The notes under the pieces are model-generated. The model made no database searches and was not told where the DNA came from. It saw only the letters and a program-made list of their open reading frames with translations. A program made the position numbers and the translations under genes. A stretch of DNA of 64,000 nt from the human T2T-CHM13v2.0 reference genome, Homo sapiens, in assembly GCF_009914755.1 (NCBI RefSeq), contig NC_060938.1; one strand, given 5' to 3'. Positions 26,301 to 39,600 of this stretch are shown here, piece after piece; position 1 is the stretch's first letter; the number at the start of each line of letters is the position of its first letter.

Positions 26301-29300
26301 GGATAGGACTGAAGAACAGAGGTCGCTGCATTGAGAAAGGAGGCGGGGTCAGAGGAATAGAAAGGGATAGGGCTGAAGAACAGAGGTCGCTGCATTTATA
26401 AAGGAGGCGGGGTCAGAGGAATAGAAAGGGATAGGGCTGAAGAACAGTGGTCACTGCATTTAGAAAGGAGGCGGGGTCAGAGGAATAGAAAGGGACAGGG
26501 CTGAAGAACACAGGTCGCTGCATTTAGAAAGGAGGCGGGGTCAGAGGAATAGAAAGGGATAGGGCTGAAGAACAGTGGTCGCTGCATTTAGAAAGGAGGC
26601 GGGGTCAGAGGAATAGAAAGGGATAGGACTGAAGAACAGAGGTCGCTGCATTTAGAAAGGAGGCGGGGTCAGAGGAATAGAAAGGGATAGGGATGAAGAA
26701 CACAGGTCGCTGCATTTAGAAAGGAGGCGGGGTGAGAGGAATAGAAAGGGATAGGGATGAAGAACACAGGTCGCTGCATTTAGAAAGGAGGCGGGGTCAG
26801 AGGAATAGAAAGGGATAGGGCTGAAGAACAGAGGTCGCTGCATTTAGAAAGGAGGCGGGGTCAGAGGAATAGAAAGAGATAGGGCTGAAGAACACAGGTC
26901 GCTGCATTTAGAAAGGAGGCGGGGTCAGAGGAATAGAAAGGGACAGGGCTGAAGAACACAGGTCGCTGCATTTAGAAAGGAGGCGGGGTCAGAGGAATAG
27001 AAAGGGACAGGGCTGAAGAACAGAGGTCGCTGCATTTAGAAAGGAGGCGGGGTCAGAGGAATAGAAAGGGATAGGGCTGAAGAACAGAGGTCGCTGCATT
27101 TAGAAAGGAGGCGGGGTCAGAGGAATAGAAAGGGATAGGGCTGAAGAACACAGGTCGCTGCATTTAGAAAGGAGGCGGGGTCAGAGGAATAGAAAGGCAC
27201 AGGGCTGAAGAACACAGGTCGCTGCATTTAGAAAGGAGGCGGGGTCAGAGGAATAGAAAGGGATAGGGCTGAAGAACAGAGGTCGCTGCATTTAGAAAGG
27301 AGGCGGGGTCAGAGGAATAGAAAGGGATAGGGCTGAAGAACAGAGGTCGCTGCATTTAGAAAGGAGGCGGGGTCAGAGGAATAGAAAGGGATAGGACTGA
27401 AGAACACAGGTCGCTGCATTTAGAAAGGAGGCGGGGTCAGAGGAATAGAAAGGGATAGGGCTGAAGAACACAGGTCGCTGCATTTAGAAAGGAGGCGGGG
27501 TCAGAGGAATAGAAAGGGATAGGACTGAAGAACACAGGTCGCTGCATTTAGAAAGGAGGCGGGGTCAGAGGAATAGAAAGGGATAGGGCTGAAGAACACA
27601 GGTCGCTTCATTTAGAAAGGAGGCGGGGTCAGAGGAATAGAAAGGGATAGGCCTGAAGAACAGAGGTCGCTGCATTTAGAAAGGAGGCGGGGTCAGAGGA
27701 ATAGAAAGGGATAGGCCTGAAGAACACAGGTCGCTGCATTTAGAAAGGAGGCGGGGTCACAGGAATAGAAAGGGACAGGGCTGAAGAACAGAGGTCGCTG
27801 CATTTAGAAAGGAGGCGGGGTCAGAGGAATAGAAAGGGATAGGGCTGAAAAACAGAGGTCGCTGCATTTAGAAAGGAGGCGGGGTCAGAGGAATAGAAAG
27901 GGACAGGGCTGAAGAACACAGGTCGCTGCATTTAGAAAGGAGGCGGGGTCAGAGGAATAGAAAGGGATAGGGCTGAAGAACACAGGTCGCTGCATTTAGA
28001 AAGGAGGCGGGGTTAGAGGAATAGAAAGGGATAGGGCTGAAGAACAGAGGTCGCTGCATTTAGAAAGGAGGCGGGGTCAGAGGAATAGAAAGGGACAGGG
28101 CTGAAGAACACAGGTCGCTGCATTTAGAAAGGAGGCGGGGTCAGAGGAATAGAAAGGGATAGGGCTGAAGAACACAGGTCGCTGCATTTAGAAAGGAGGC
28201 GGGGTCACAGGAATAGAAAGGGACAGGGCTGAAGAACACAGGTCGCTGCATTTAGAAAGGAGGCGGGGTCAGAGGAATAGAAAGGGATAGGACTGAAGAA
28301 CAGAGGTCGCTGCATTTAGAAAGGAGGCGGGGTCAGAGGAATAGAAAGGGATAGGGCTGAAGAACACAGGTCGCTGCATTTAGAAAGGAGGCGGGGTCAC
28401 AGGAATAGAAAGGGACAGGGCTGAAGAACAGAGGTCGCTGCATTTAGAAAGGAGGCGGGGTCAGAGGAATAGAAAGGGATAGGACTGAAGAACAGAGGTC
28501 GCTGCATTTAGAAAGGAGGCGGGGTCAGAGGAATAGAAAGGGATAGGGATGAAGAACACAGGTCGCTGCATTTAGAAAGGAGGCGGGGTCAGAGGAATAG
28601 AAAGGGATAGGGATGAAGAACACAGGTCGCTGCATTTAGAAAGGAGGCGGGGTCAGAGGAATAGAAAGGGATAGGGCTGAAGAACAGAGGTCGCGGCATT
28701 TAGAAAGGAGGCGGGGTCAGAGGAATAGAAAGAGATAGGGCTGAAGAACACAGGTCGCTGCATTTAGAAAGGAGGCGGGGTCAGAGGAATAGAAAGGGAC
28801 AGGGCTGAAGAACACAGGTCGCTGCATTTAGAAAGGAGGCGGGGTCAGAGGAATAGAAAGGGACAGGGCTGAAGAACACAGGTCGCTGCATTTAGAAAGG
28901 AGGCGGGGTCAGAGGAATAGAAAGGGGCAGGGCTGAAGAACAGAGGTCGCTGCATTTAGAAAGGAGGCGGGGTCAGAGGAATAGAAAGGGACAGGGCTGA
29001 AGAACACAGGTCGCTGCATTTAGAAAGGAGGCGGGGTCAGAGGAATAGAAAGGGATAGGGCTGAAGAACACAGGTCGCTGCATTTAGAAAGGAGGCGGGG
29101 TCAGAGGAATAGAAAGGGATAGGGCTGAAGAACAGAGGTCGCTGCATTTAGAAAGGAGGCGGGGTCAGAGGAATAGAAAGGGACAGGGTTGAAGAACACA
29201 GGTCGCTGCATTTAGAAAGGATGCGGGGTCAGAGGAATAGAAAGGGACAGGGCTGAAGAACACAGGTCCCTGCATTTAGAAAGGAGGCGGGGTCAGAGGA

Positions 29301-32300
29301 ATAGAAAGGGACAGGGCTGAAGAACACAGGTCGCTGCATTTAGAAAGGAGGCGGGGTCAGAGGAATAGAAAGGGACAGGGCTGAAGAACACAGGTCGCTG
29401 CATTTAGAAAGGAGGCGGGGTCAGAGGAATAGAAAGGGATAGGACTGAAGAACAGAGGTCGCTGCATTTAGAAAGGAGGCGGGGTCAGAGGAATAGAAAG
29501 GGATAGGACTGAAGAACAGAGGTCGCTGCATTTAGAAAGGAGGCGGGGTCAGAGGAATAGAAAGGGATAGGGCTGAAGAACAGAGGTCGCTGCATTTAGA
29601 AAGGAGGCGGGGTTAGAGGAATAGAAAGGGATAGGACTGAAGAACAGATTTCGCTGCATTTAGAAAGGAGGCGGGGTCAGAGGAATAGAAAGGGATAGGA
29701 CTGAAGAACAGAGGTCGCTGCATTTAGAAAGGAGGCGGGGTCAGAGGAATAGAAAGGGATAGGGCTGAAGAACAGAGGTCGCTGCATTGAGAAAAGAGGC
29801 GGGGTCAGAGGAATAGAAAGGGACAGGGCTGAAGAACAGAGGTCGCTGCATTTAGAAAGGAGGCGGGATCAGAGGAATAGAAAGGGATAGGACTGAAGAA
29901 CAGAGGTCGCTGCATTGAGAAAGGAGGCGGGGTCAGAGGAATAGAAAGGGATAGGGCTGAAGAACAGAGGTCGCTGCATTGAGAAAAGAGGCGTTGTCAG
30001 AGGAATAGAAAGGGACAGGGCTGAAGAACAGAGGTCGCTGCATTTAGAAAGGAGGCGGGGTCAGAGGAATAGAAAGGGATAGGGCTGAAGAACAGAGGTC
30101 GCTGCATTTAGAAAGGAGGCGGGGTCAGAGGAATAGAAAGGGACAGGGCTGAAGAACACAGGTCGCTGCATTTAGAAAGGAGGCGGGGCTAGAGGAATAG
30201 AAAGGGATAGGCCTGAAGAACAGAGGTCGCTGCATTTAGAAAGGAGGCGGGGTCAGAGGAATAGAAAGGGATAGGGCTGAAGAACACAGGTCGCTGCATT
30301 TAGAAAGGAGGCGGGGTCAGAGGAATAGAAAGGGATAGGGCTGAAGAACACAGGTCGCTGCATTTAGAAAGGAGGCGGGGTCAGAGGAATAGAAAGGGAC
30401 GGGGCTGAAGAACACAGGTCGCTGCATTTAGAAAGGAGGCGGGGTCAGAGGAATAGAAAGGGACGGGGCTGAAGAACACAGGTCGCTGCATTTAGAAAGG
30501 AGGCGGGGTTAGAGGAATAGAAAGGGATAGGACTGAAGAACACAGGTCGCTGCATTTAGAAAGGAGGCGGGGTCAGAGGAATAGAAAGGGATAGGGCTGA
30601 AAAACAGAGGTCGCTGCATTTAGAAAGGAGGCGGGGTCAGAGGAATAGAAAGGGATAGGACTGAAGAACAGAGGTCGCTGCATTTAGAAAGGAGGCGGGG
30701 TCAGAGGAATAGAAATGGATAGGACTGAAGAACACAGGTCGTTGCATTTAGAAAGGAGGCGGGGTCAGAGGAATAGAAAGGGATAGGGCTGAAGAACAGA
30801 GGTCGCTGCATTTAGAAAGGAGGCGGGGTTAGAGGAATAGAAAGGGATAGGGCTGAAGAACACAGGTCGCTGCATTTAGAAAGGAGGCGGGGTCAGAGGA
30901 ATAGAAAGGGACAGGACTGAAGAACACAGGTCGCTGCATTTAGAAAGGAGGCGGGGTTAGAGGAATAGAAAGGGATAGGGCTGAAGAACACAGGTCGCTG
31001 CATTTAGAAAGGAGGCGGGGTTAGAGGAATAGAAAGGGACAGGACTGAAGAACACAGGTCGCTGCATTTAGAAAGGAGGCGGTGTCAGAGGAATAGAAAG
31101 GGACAGGGCTGAAGAACACAGGTCGCTGCATTTAGAAAGGAGGCGGGGTCAGAGGAATAGAAAGGGATAGGACTGAAGAACAGAGGTCGCTGCATTTAGA
31201 AAGGAGGCGGGGTCAGAGGAATAGAAATGGATAGGACTGAAGAACACAGGTCGTTGCATTTAGAAAGGAGGCGGGGTCAGAGGAATAGAAAGGGATAGGG
31301 CTGAAGAACAGAGGTCGCTGCATTTAGAAAGGAGGCGGGGTTAGAGGAATAGAAAGGGACAGGACTGAAGAACACAGGTCGCTGCATTTAGAAAGGAGGC
31401 GGGGTCAGAGGAATAGAAAGGGATAGGACTGAAGAACAGAGGTCGCTGCATTTAGAAAGGAGGCGGGGTCAGAGGAATAGAAAGGGATAGGACTGAAGAA
31501 CACAGGTCGCTGCATTTAGAAAGGAGGCGGGGTCAGAGGAATAGAAATCGATAGGACTGAAGAACACAGGTCGCTGCATTTAGAAAGGAGGCGGGGTTAG
31601 AGGAATAGAAAGGGATAGGACTGAAGAACAGAGGTCGCTGCATTTAGAAAGGAGGCGGGGTCAGAAGAATAGAAAGGGATAGGGCTGAAGAACAGAGGTC
31701 GCTGCATTTAGAAAGGAGGCGGGGTCAGAGGAATAGAAAGGGATAGGGCTGAAGAACACAGGTCGCTGCATTTAGAAAGGAGGCGGGGTCAGAGGAATAG
31801 AAAGGGACAGGACTGAAGAACACAGGTCGCTGCATTTAGAAAGGAGGCGGGGTCAGAGGAATAGAAAGGGACAGGGCTGAAGAACACAGGTCGCTGCATT
31901 TAGAAAGGAGGCGGGGTCAGAGGAATAGAAAGGGACAGGGCTGAAGAACACAGGTCGCTGCATTTAGAAAGGAGGCGGGGTTAGAGGAATAGAAAGGGAT
32001 AGGCCTGAAGAACAGAGGTCGCTGCATTTAGAAAGGAGGCGGGGTCAGAGGAATAGAAAGGGATAGGCCTGAAGAACACAGGTCGCTGCATTTAGAAAGG
32101 AGGCGGGGTCAGAGGAATAGAAAGGGACAGGGCTGAAGAACACAGGTCGCTGCATTTAGAAAGGAGGCGGGGTCAGAGGAATAGAAAGGGATAGGCCTGA
32201 AGAACAGAGGTCGCTGCATTTAGAAAGGAGGCGGGGTCAGAGGAATAGAAAGGGATAGGGCTGAAGAACACAGGTCGCTGCATTTAGAAAGGAGGCGGGG

Positions 32301-35300
32301 TCAGAGGAATAGAAAGGGACAGGGCTGAAGAACAGAGGTCGCTGCATTTAGAAAGGAGGCGGGGTAAGAGGAATAGAAAGGGATAGGGCTGAAGAACAGA
32401 GGTCGCTGCATTTAGAAAGGAGGCGGGGTCTGAGGAATAGAAAGGGACAGGGCTGAAGAACACAGGTCGCTGCATTTAGAAAGGAGGCAGGGTCAGAGGA
32501 ATAGAAAGGGACAGGGCTGAAGAACACAGGTCGCTGCATTTAGAAAGGAGGCGGGGTCAGAGGAATAGAAAGGGATAGGGCTGAAGAACAGACGTCGCTG
32601 CATTTAGAAAGGAGGCGGGGTCAGAGGAATAGAAAGGGATAGGGCTGAAGAACACAGGTCGCTGCATTTAGAAAGGAGGCGGGGTCAGAGGAATAGAAAG
32701 GGATAGGGCTGAAGAACAGAGGTCGCTGCATTTAGAAAGGAGGCGGGGTCAGAGGAATAGAAAGGGATAGGGTTGAAGAACACAGGTCGCTGCATTTAGA
32801 AAGGAGGCGGGGTCAGAGGAATAGAAAGGGATAGGGCTGAAGAACACAGGTCGCTGCATTTAGAAAGGAGGCGGGGTCAGAGGAATAGAAAGGGACAGGG
32901 CTGAAGAACACAGGTCGCTGCATTTAGAAAGGAGGCGGGGTCAGAGGAATAGAAAGGGACAGGGCTGAAGAACAGAGGTCGCTGCATTTAGAAAGGAGGC
33001 GGGGTCAGAGGAATAGAAAGGGACAGGGCTGAAGAACAGAGGTCGCTGCATTTAGAAAGGAGGCGGGGTCAGAGGAATAGAAAGGGATAGGGCTGAAGAA
33101 CACAGGTCGCTGCATTTAGAAAGGAGGCGGGGTCAGAGGAATAGAAAGGGATAGGGCTGAAGAACACAGGTCGCTGCATTTAGAAAGGAGGCGTGGTCAG
33201 AGGAATAGAAAGGGATAGGGCTGAAGAACACAGGTCGCTGCATTTAGAAAGGAGGCGGGGTCAGAAGAATAGAAAGGGATAGGGCTGAAGAACACAGGTC
33301 GCTGCATTTGGAAAGGAGGCGGGGTCAGAGGAATAGAAAGGGATAGGGCTGAAGAACAGAGGTCGCTGCATTTAGAAAGGAGGCGGGGTCAGAGGAATAG
33401 AAAGGGATAGGCCTGAAGAACACAGGTCGCTGCATTTAGAAAGGAGGCGGGGTCAGAGGAATAGAAAGGGATAGGGCTGAAGAACACAGGTCGCTGCATT
33501 TAGAAAGGAGGCGGGGTCAGAGGAATAGAAAGGGATAGGCCTGAAGAACACAGGTCGCTGCATTTAGAAAGGAGGCGGGGTCAGAGGAATAGAAAGGGAC
33601 AGGACTGAAGAACACAGGTCGCTGCATTTAGAAAGGAGGCGGGGTCAGAGGAATAGAAAGGGACAGGGCTGATGAACACAGGTCGCTGCATTTAGAAAGG
33701 AGGCGGGGTCAGAGGAATAGAAAGGGATAGGGCTGAACAACACAGGTCGCTGCATTTAGAAAGGAGGCGGGGTCAGAGGAATAGAAAGGGACAGGGCTGA
33801 AGAACAGAGGTCGCTGCATTTAGAAAGGAGGCGGGGTCAGAGGATTAGAAAGGGATAGGGCTGAAGAACACAGGTCGCTGCATTTAGAAAGGAGGCGGGG
33901 TCAGAGGAATAGAAAGGGACAGGGCTGAAGAACAGAGGTCGCTGCATTTAGAAAGGAGGCGGGGTAAGAGGAATAGAAAGGGATAGGGCTGAAGAACAGA
34001 GGTCGCTGCATTTAGAAAGGAGGCAGGGTCAGAGGAATAGAAAGGGACAGGGCTGAAGAACACAGGTCGCTGCATTTAGAAAGGAGGCGGGGTCAGAGGA
34101 ATAGAAAGGGATAGGGCTGAAGAACAGACGTCGCTGCATTTAGAAAGGAGGCGGGGTCAGAGGAATAGAAAGGGATAGGGCTGAAGAACACAGGTCGCTG
34201 CATTTAGAAAGGAGGCGGGGTCAGAGGAATAGAAAGGGATAGGGCTGAAGAACAGAGGTCGCTGCATTTAGAAAGGAGGCGGGGTCAGAGGAATAGAAAG
34301 GGATAGGGTTGAAGAACACAGGTCGCTGCATTTAGAAAGGAGGCGGGGTCAGAGGAATAGAAAGGGATAGGGCTGAAGAACACAGGTCGCTGCATTTAGA
34401 AAGGAGGCGGGGTCAGAGGAATAGAAAGGGACAGGGCTGAAGAACAGAGGTCGCTGCATTTAGAAAGGAGGCGGGGTCAGAGGAATAGAAAGGGACAGGG
34501 CTGAAGAACAGAGGTCGCTGCATTTAGAAAGGAGGCGGGGTCAGAGGAATAGAAAGGGATAGGGCTGAAGAACACAGGTCGCTGCATTTAGAAAGGAGGC
34601 GGGGTCAGAGGAATAGAAAGGGATAGGGCTGAAGAACACAGGTCGCTGCATTTAGAAAGGAGGCGTGGTCAGAGGAATAGAAAGGGATAGGGCTGAAGAA
34701 CACAGGTCGCTGCATTTAGAAAGGAGGCGGGGTCAGAAGAATAGAAAGGGATAGGGCTGAAGAACACAGGTCGCTGCATTTGGAAAGGAGGCGGGGTCAG
34801 AGGAATAGAAAGGGATAGGGCTGAAGAACAGAGGTCGCTGCATTTAGAAAGGAGGCGGGGTCAGAGGAATAGAAAGGGATAGGGCTGAAGAACACAGGTC
34901 GCTGCATTTAGAAAGGAGGCGGGGTCAGAGGAATAGAAAGGGATAGGCCTGAAGAACAGAGGTCGCTGCATTTAGAAAGGAGGCGGGGTCAGAGGAATAG
35001 AAAGGGATATGGCTAAAGAACAGAGGTCGCTGCATTTAGAAAGGAGGCGGGGTCAGAGGAATAGAAAGGGAAAGGACTGAAGAACACAGGTCGCTGCATT
35101 TAGAAAGGAGGCGGGGTCAGAGGAATAGAAAGGGATAGGGCTGAAGAACACAGGTCGCTGCATTTAGAAAGGAGGCGGGGTCAGAGGAATAGAAAGGGAC
35201 AGGGCTGAAGAACAGAGGTCGCTGCATTTAGAAAGGAGGCGGGGTCAGAGGAATAGAAAGGGATAGGCCTGAAGAACACAGGTCGCTGCATTTAGAAAGG

Positions 35301-36635
35301 AGGCGGGGTCAGAGGAATAGAAAGGGACAGGGCTGAAGAACACAGGTCGCTGCATTTAGAAAGGAGGCGGGGTCAGAGGAATAGAAAGGGATAGGGCTGA
35401 AGAACAGACGTCGCTGCATTTAGAAAGGAGGCGGGGTCAGAGGAATAGAAAGGGATAGGGCTGAAGAACACAGGTCGCTGCATTTAGAAAGGAGGCGGGG
35501 TCAGAGGAATAGAAAGGGATAGGGCTGAAGAACAGAGGTCGCTGCATTTAGAAAGGAGGCGGGGTCAGAGGAATAGAAAGGGATAGGGTTGAAGAACACA
35601 GGTCGCTGCATTTAGAAAGGAGGCGGGGTCAGAGGAATAGAAAGGGATAGGGCTGAAGAACACAGGTCGCTGCATTTAGAAAGGAGGCGGGGTCAGAGGA
35701 ATAGAAAGGGACAGGGCTGAAGAACAGAGGTCGCTGCATTTAGAAAGGAGGCGGGGTCAGAGGAATAGAAAGGGACAGGGCTGAAGAACAGAGGTCGCTG
35801 CATTTAGAAAGGAGGCGGGGTCAGAGGAATAGAAAGGGATAGGGCTGAAGAACACAGGTCGCTGCATTTAGAAAGGAGGCGGGGTCAGAGGAATAGAAAG
35901 GGATAGGGCTGAAGAACACAGGTCGCTGCATTTAGAAAGGAGGCGGGGTCAGAGGAATAGAAAGGGATAGGCCTGAAGAACACAGGTCGCTGCATTTAGA
36001 AAGGAGGCGGGGTCAGAGGAATAGAAAGGGACAGGACTGAAGAACACAGGTCGCTGCATTTAGAAAGGAGGCGGGGTCAGAGGAATAGAAAGGGACAGGG
36101 CTGATGAACACAGGTCGCTGCATTTAGAAAGGAGGCGGGGTCAGAGGAATAGAAAGGGATAGGGCTGAACAACACAGGTCGCTGCATTTAGAAAGGAGGC
36201 GGGGTCAGAGGAATAGAAAGGGATAGGCCTGAAGAACAGAGGTCGCTGCATTTAGAAAGGAGGCGGGGTCAGAGGAATAGAAAGGGACAGGGCTGAAGAA
36301 CACAGGTCGCTGCATTTAGAAAGGAGGCGGGGTCAGAGGATTAGAAAGGGATAGGGCTGAAGAACACAGGTCGCTGCATTTAGAAAGGAGGCGGGGTCAG
36401 AGGAATAGAAAGGGATAGGCCTGAAGAACACAGGTCGCTGCATTTAGAAAGGAGGCGGGGTCAGAGGAATAGAAAGGGACAGGGCTGAAGAACACAGGTC
36501 GCTGCATTTAGAAAGGAGGCGGGGTCAGAGGAATAGAAAGGGATAGGCCTGAAGAACAGAGGTCGCTGCATTTAGAAAGGAGGCGGGGTCAGAGGAATAG
36601 AAAGGGATAGGGCTGAAGAACACAGGTCGCTGCAT

Positions 36636-39600
36636 TTAGAAAGGAGGCGGGGTCAGAGGAATAGAAAGGGACAGGGCTGAAGAACAGAGGTCGCTGCATT
36701 TAGAAAGGAGGCGGGGTAAGAGGAATAGAAAGGGATAGGGCTGAAGAACAGAGGTCGCTGCATTTAGAAAGGAGGCAGGGTCAGAGGAATAGAAAGGGAC
36801 AGGGCTGAAGAACACAGGTCGCTGCATTTAGAAAGGAGGCGGGGTCAGAGGAATAGAAAGGGATAGGGCTGAAGAACAGACGTCGCTGCATTTAGAAAGG
36901 AGGCGGGGTCAGAGGAATAGAAAGGGATAGGGCTGAAGAACACAGGTCGCTGCATTTAGAAAGGAGGCGGGGTCAGAGGAGTAGAAAGGGATAGGGCTGA
37001 AGAACAGAGGTCGCTGCATTTAGAAAGGAGGCGGGGTCAGAGGAATAGAAAGGGATAGGGTTGAAGAACACAGGTCGCTGCATTTAGAAAGGAGGCGGGG
37101 TCAGAGGAATAGAAAGGGATAGGGCTGAAGAACACAGGTCGCTGCATTTAGAAAGGAGGCGGGGTCAGAGGAATAGAAAGGGATAGGGATGAAGAACACA
37201 GGTCGCTGCATTTAGAAAGGAGGCGGGGTCAGAGGAATAGAAAGGGACAGGGCTGAAGAACAGAGGTCGCTGCATTTAGAAAGGAGGCGGGGTCAGAGGA
37301 ATAGAAAGGGATAGGGCTGAAGAACAGAGGTCGCTGCATTTAGAAAGGAGGCGGGGTCAGAGGAATAGAAAGGGACAGGGCTGAAGAACAGAGGTCGCTG
37401 CATTTAGAAAGGAGGCGGGGTCAGAGGAATAGAAAGGGATAGGGCTGAAGAACACAGGTCGCTGCATTTAGAAAGGAGGCGGGGTCAGAGGAATAGAAAG
37501 GGATAGGGCTGAAGAACACAGGTCGCTGCATTTAGAAAGGAGGCGTGGTCAGAGGAATAGAAAGGGATAGGGCTGAAGAACACAGGTCGCTGCATTTAGA
37601 AAGGAGGCGGGGTCAGACGAATAGAAAGGGATAGGGCTGAAGAACACAGGTCGCTGCATTTGGAAAGGAGGCGGGGTCAGAGGAATAGAAAGGGATAGGG
37701 CTGAAGAACAGAGGTCGCTGCATTTAGAAAGGAGGCGGGGTCAGAGGAATAGAAAGGGATAGGGCTGAAGAACACAGGTCGCTGCATTTAGAAAGGAGGC
37801 GGGGTCAGAGGAATAGAAAGGGATAGGCCTGAAGAACAGAGGTCGCTGCATTTAGAAAGGAGGCGGGGTCAGAGGAATAGAAAGGGATATGGCTAAAGAA
37901 CAGAGGTCGCTGCATTTAGAAAGGAGGCGGGGTCAGAGGAATAGAAAGGGAAAGGACTGAAGAACACAGGTCGCTGCATTTAGAAAGGAGGCGGGGTCAG
38001 AGGAATAGAAAGGGATAGGGCTGAAGAACACAGGTCGCTGTATTTAGAAAGGAGGCGGGGTCAGAGGAATAGAAAGGGACAGGGCTGAAGAACAGAGGTC
38101 GCTGCATTTAGAAAGGAGGCGGGGTCAGAGGAATAGAAAGGGATAGGCCTGAAGAACACAGGTCGCTGCATTTAGAAAGGAGGCGGGGTCAGAGGAATAG
38201 AAAGGGACAGGGCTGAAGAACACAGGTCGCTGCATTTAGAAAGGAGGCGGGGTCAGAGGAATAGAAAGGGATAGGGCTGAAGAACAGAGGTCGCTGCATT
38301 TAGAAAGGAGGCGGGGTCAGAGGAATAGAAAGGGATAGGGCTGAAGAACACAGGTCGCTGCATTTAGAAAGGAGGCGGGGTCAGAGGAATAGAAAGGGAT
38401 AGGGCTGAAGAACACAGGTCGCTGCATTTAGAAAGGAGGCGGGGTCAGAGGAATAGAAAGGGATAGGCCTGAAGAACACAGGTCGCTGCATTTAGAAAGG
38501 AGGCGGGGTCAGAGGAATAGAAAGGGACAGGACTGAAGAACACACGTCGCTGCATTTAGAAAGGAGGCGGGGTCAGAGGAATAGAAAGGGATAGGGCTGA
38601 TGAACACAGGTCGCTGCATTTAGAAAGGAGGCGGGGTCAGAGGAATAGAAAGGGATAGGGCTGAACAACACAGGTCGCTGCATTTAGAAAGGAGGCGGGG
38701 TCAGAGGAATAGAAAGGGATAGGCCTGAAGAACAGAGGTCGCTGCATTTAGAAAGGAGGCGGGGTCAGAGGAATAGAAAGGGATAGGGCTGAAGAACACA
38801 GGTCGCTGCATTTGGAAAGGAGGCGGGGTCAGAGGAATAGAAAGGGATAGGGCTGAAGAACACAGGTCGCTGCATTTAGAAAGGAGGCGGGGTCAGAGGA
38901 ATAGAAAGGGATAGGCCTGAAGAACAGAGGTCGCTGCATTTAGAAAGGAGGCGGGGTCAGAGGAATAGAAAGGGATATGGCTGAAGAACAGAGGTCGCTG
39001 CATTTAGAAAGGAGGCGGGGTCAGAGGAATAGAAAGGGACAGGACTGAAGAACACAGGTCGCTGCATTTAGAAAGGAGGCGGGGTCAGAGGAATAGAAAG
39101 GAATAGGACTGAAGAACAGAGGTCGCTGCGTTTAGAAAGGAGGCGGGGTCAGAGGAATAGAAAGGGATAGGGCTGAAGAACAGAGGTCGCTGCATTTAGA
39201 AAGGAGGCGGGGTCAGAGGAATAGAAAGGGACAGGGCTGAAGAACACAGGTCGCTGCATTTAGAAAGGAGGCGGGGTCAGAGGAATAGAAAGGGATAGGG
39301 CTGAAGAACAGAGGTCGCTGCATTTAGAAAGGAGGCGGGGTCAGAGGAATAGAAAGGGATAGGGGTGAAGAACACAGGTCGCTGCATTTAGAAAGGAGGC
39401 GGGGTCAGAGGAATAGAAAGGGACAGGGCTGAAGAACACAGGTCGCTGCATTTAGAAAGGAGGCGGGGTCAGAGGAATAGAAAGGGACAGGACTGAAGAA
39501 CAGAGGTCGCTGCATTTAGAAAGGAGGCGGTGTCAGAGGAATAGAAAGGGATAGGCCTGAAGAACACAGGTCGCTGCATTTAGAAAGGAGGCGGGGTCAG

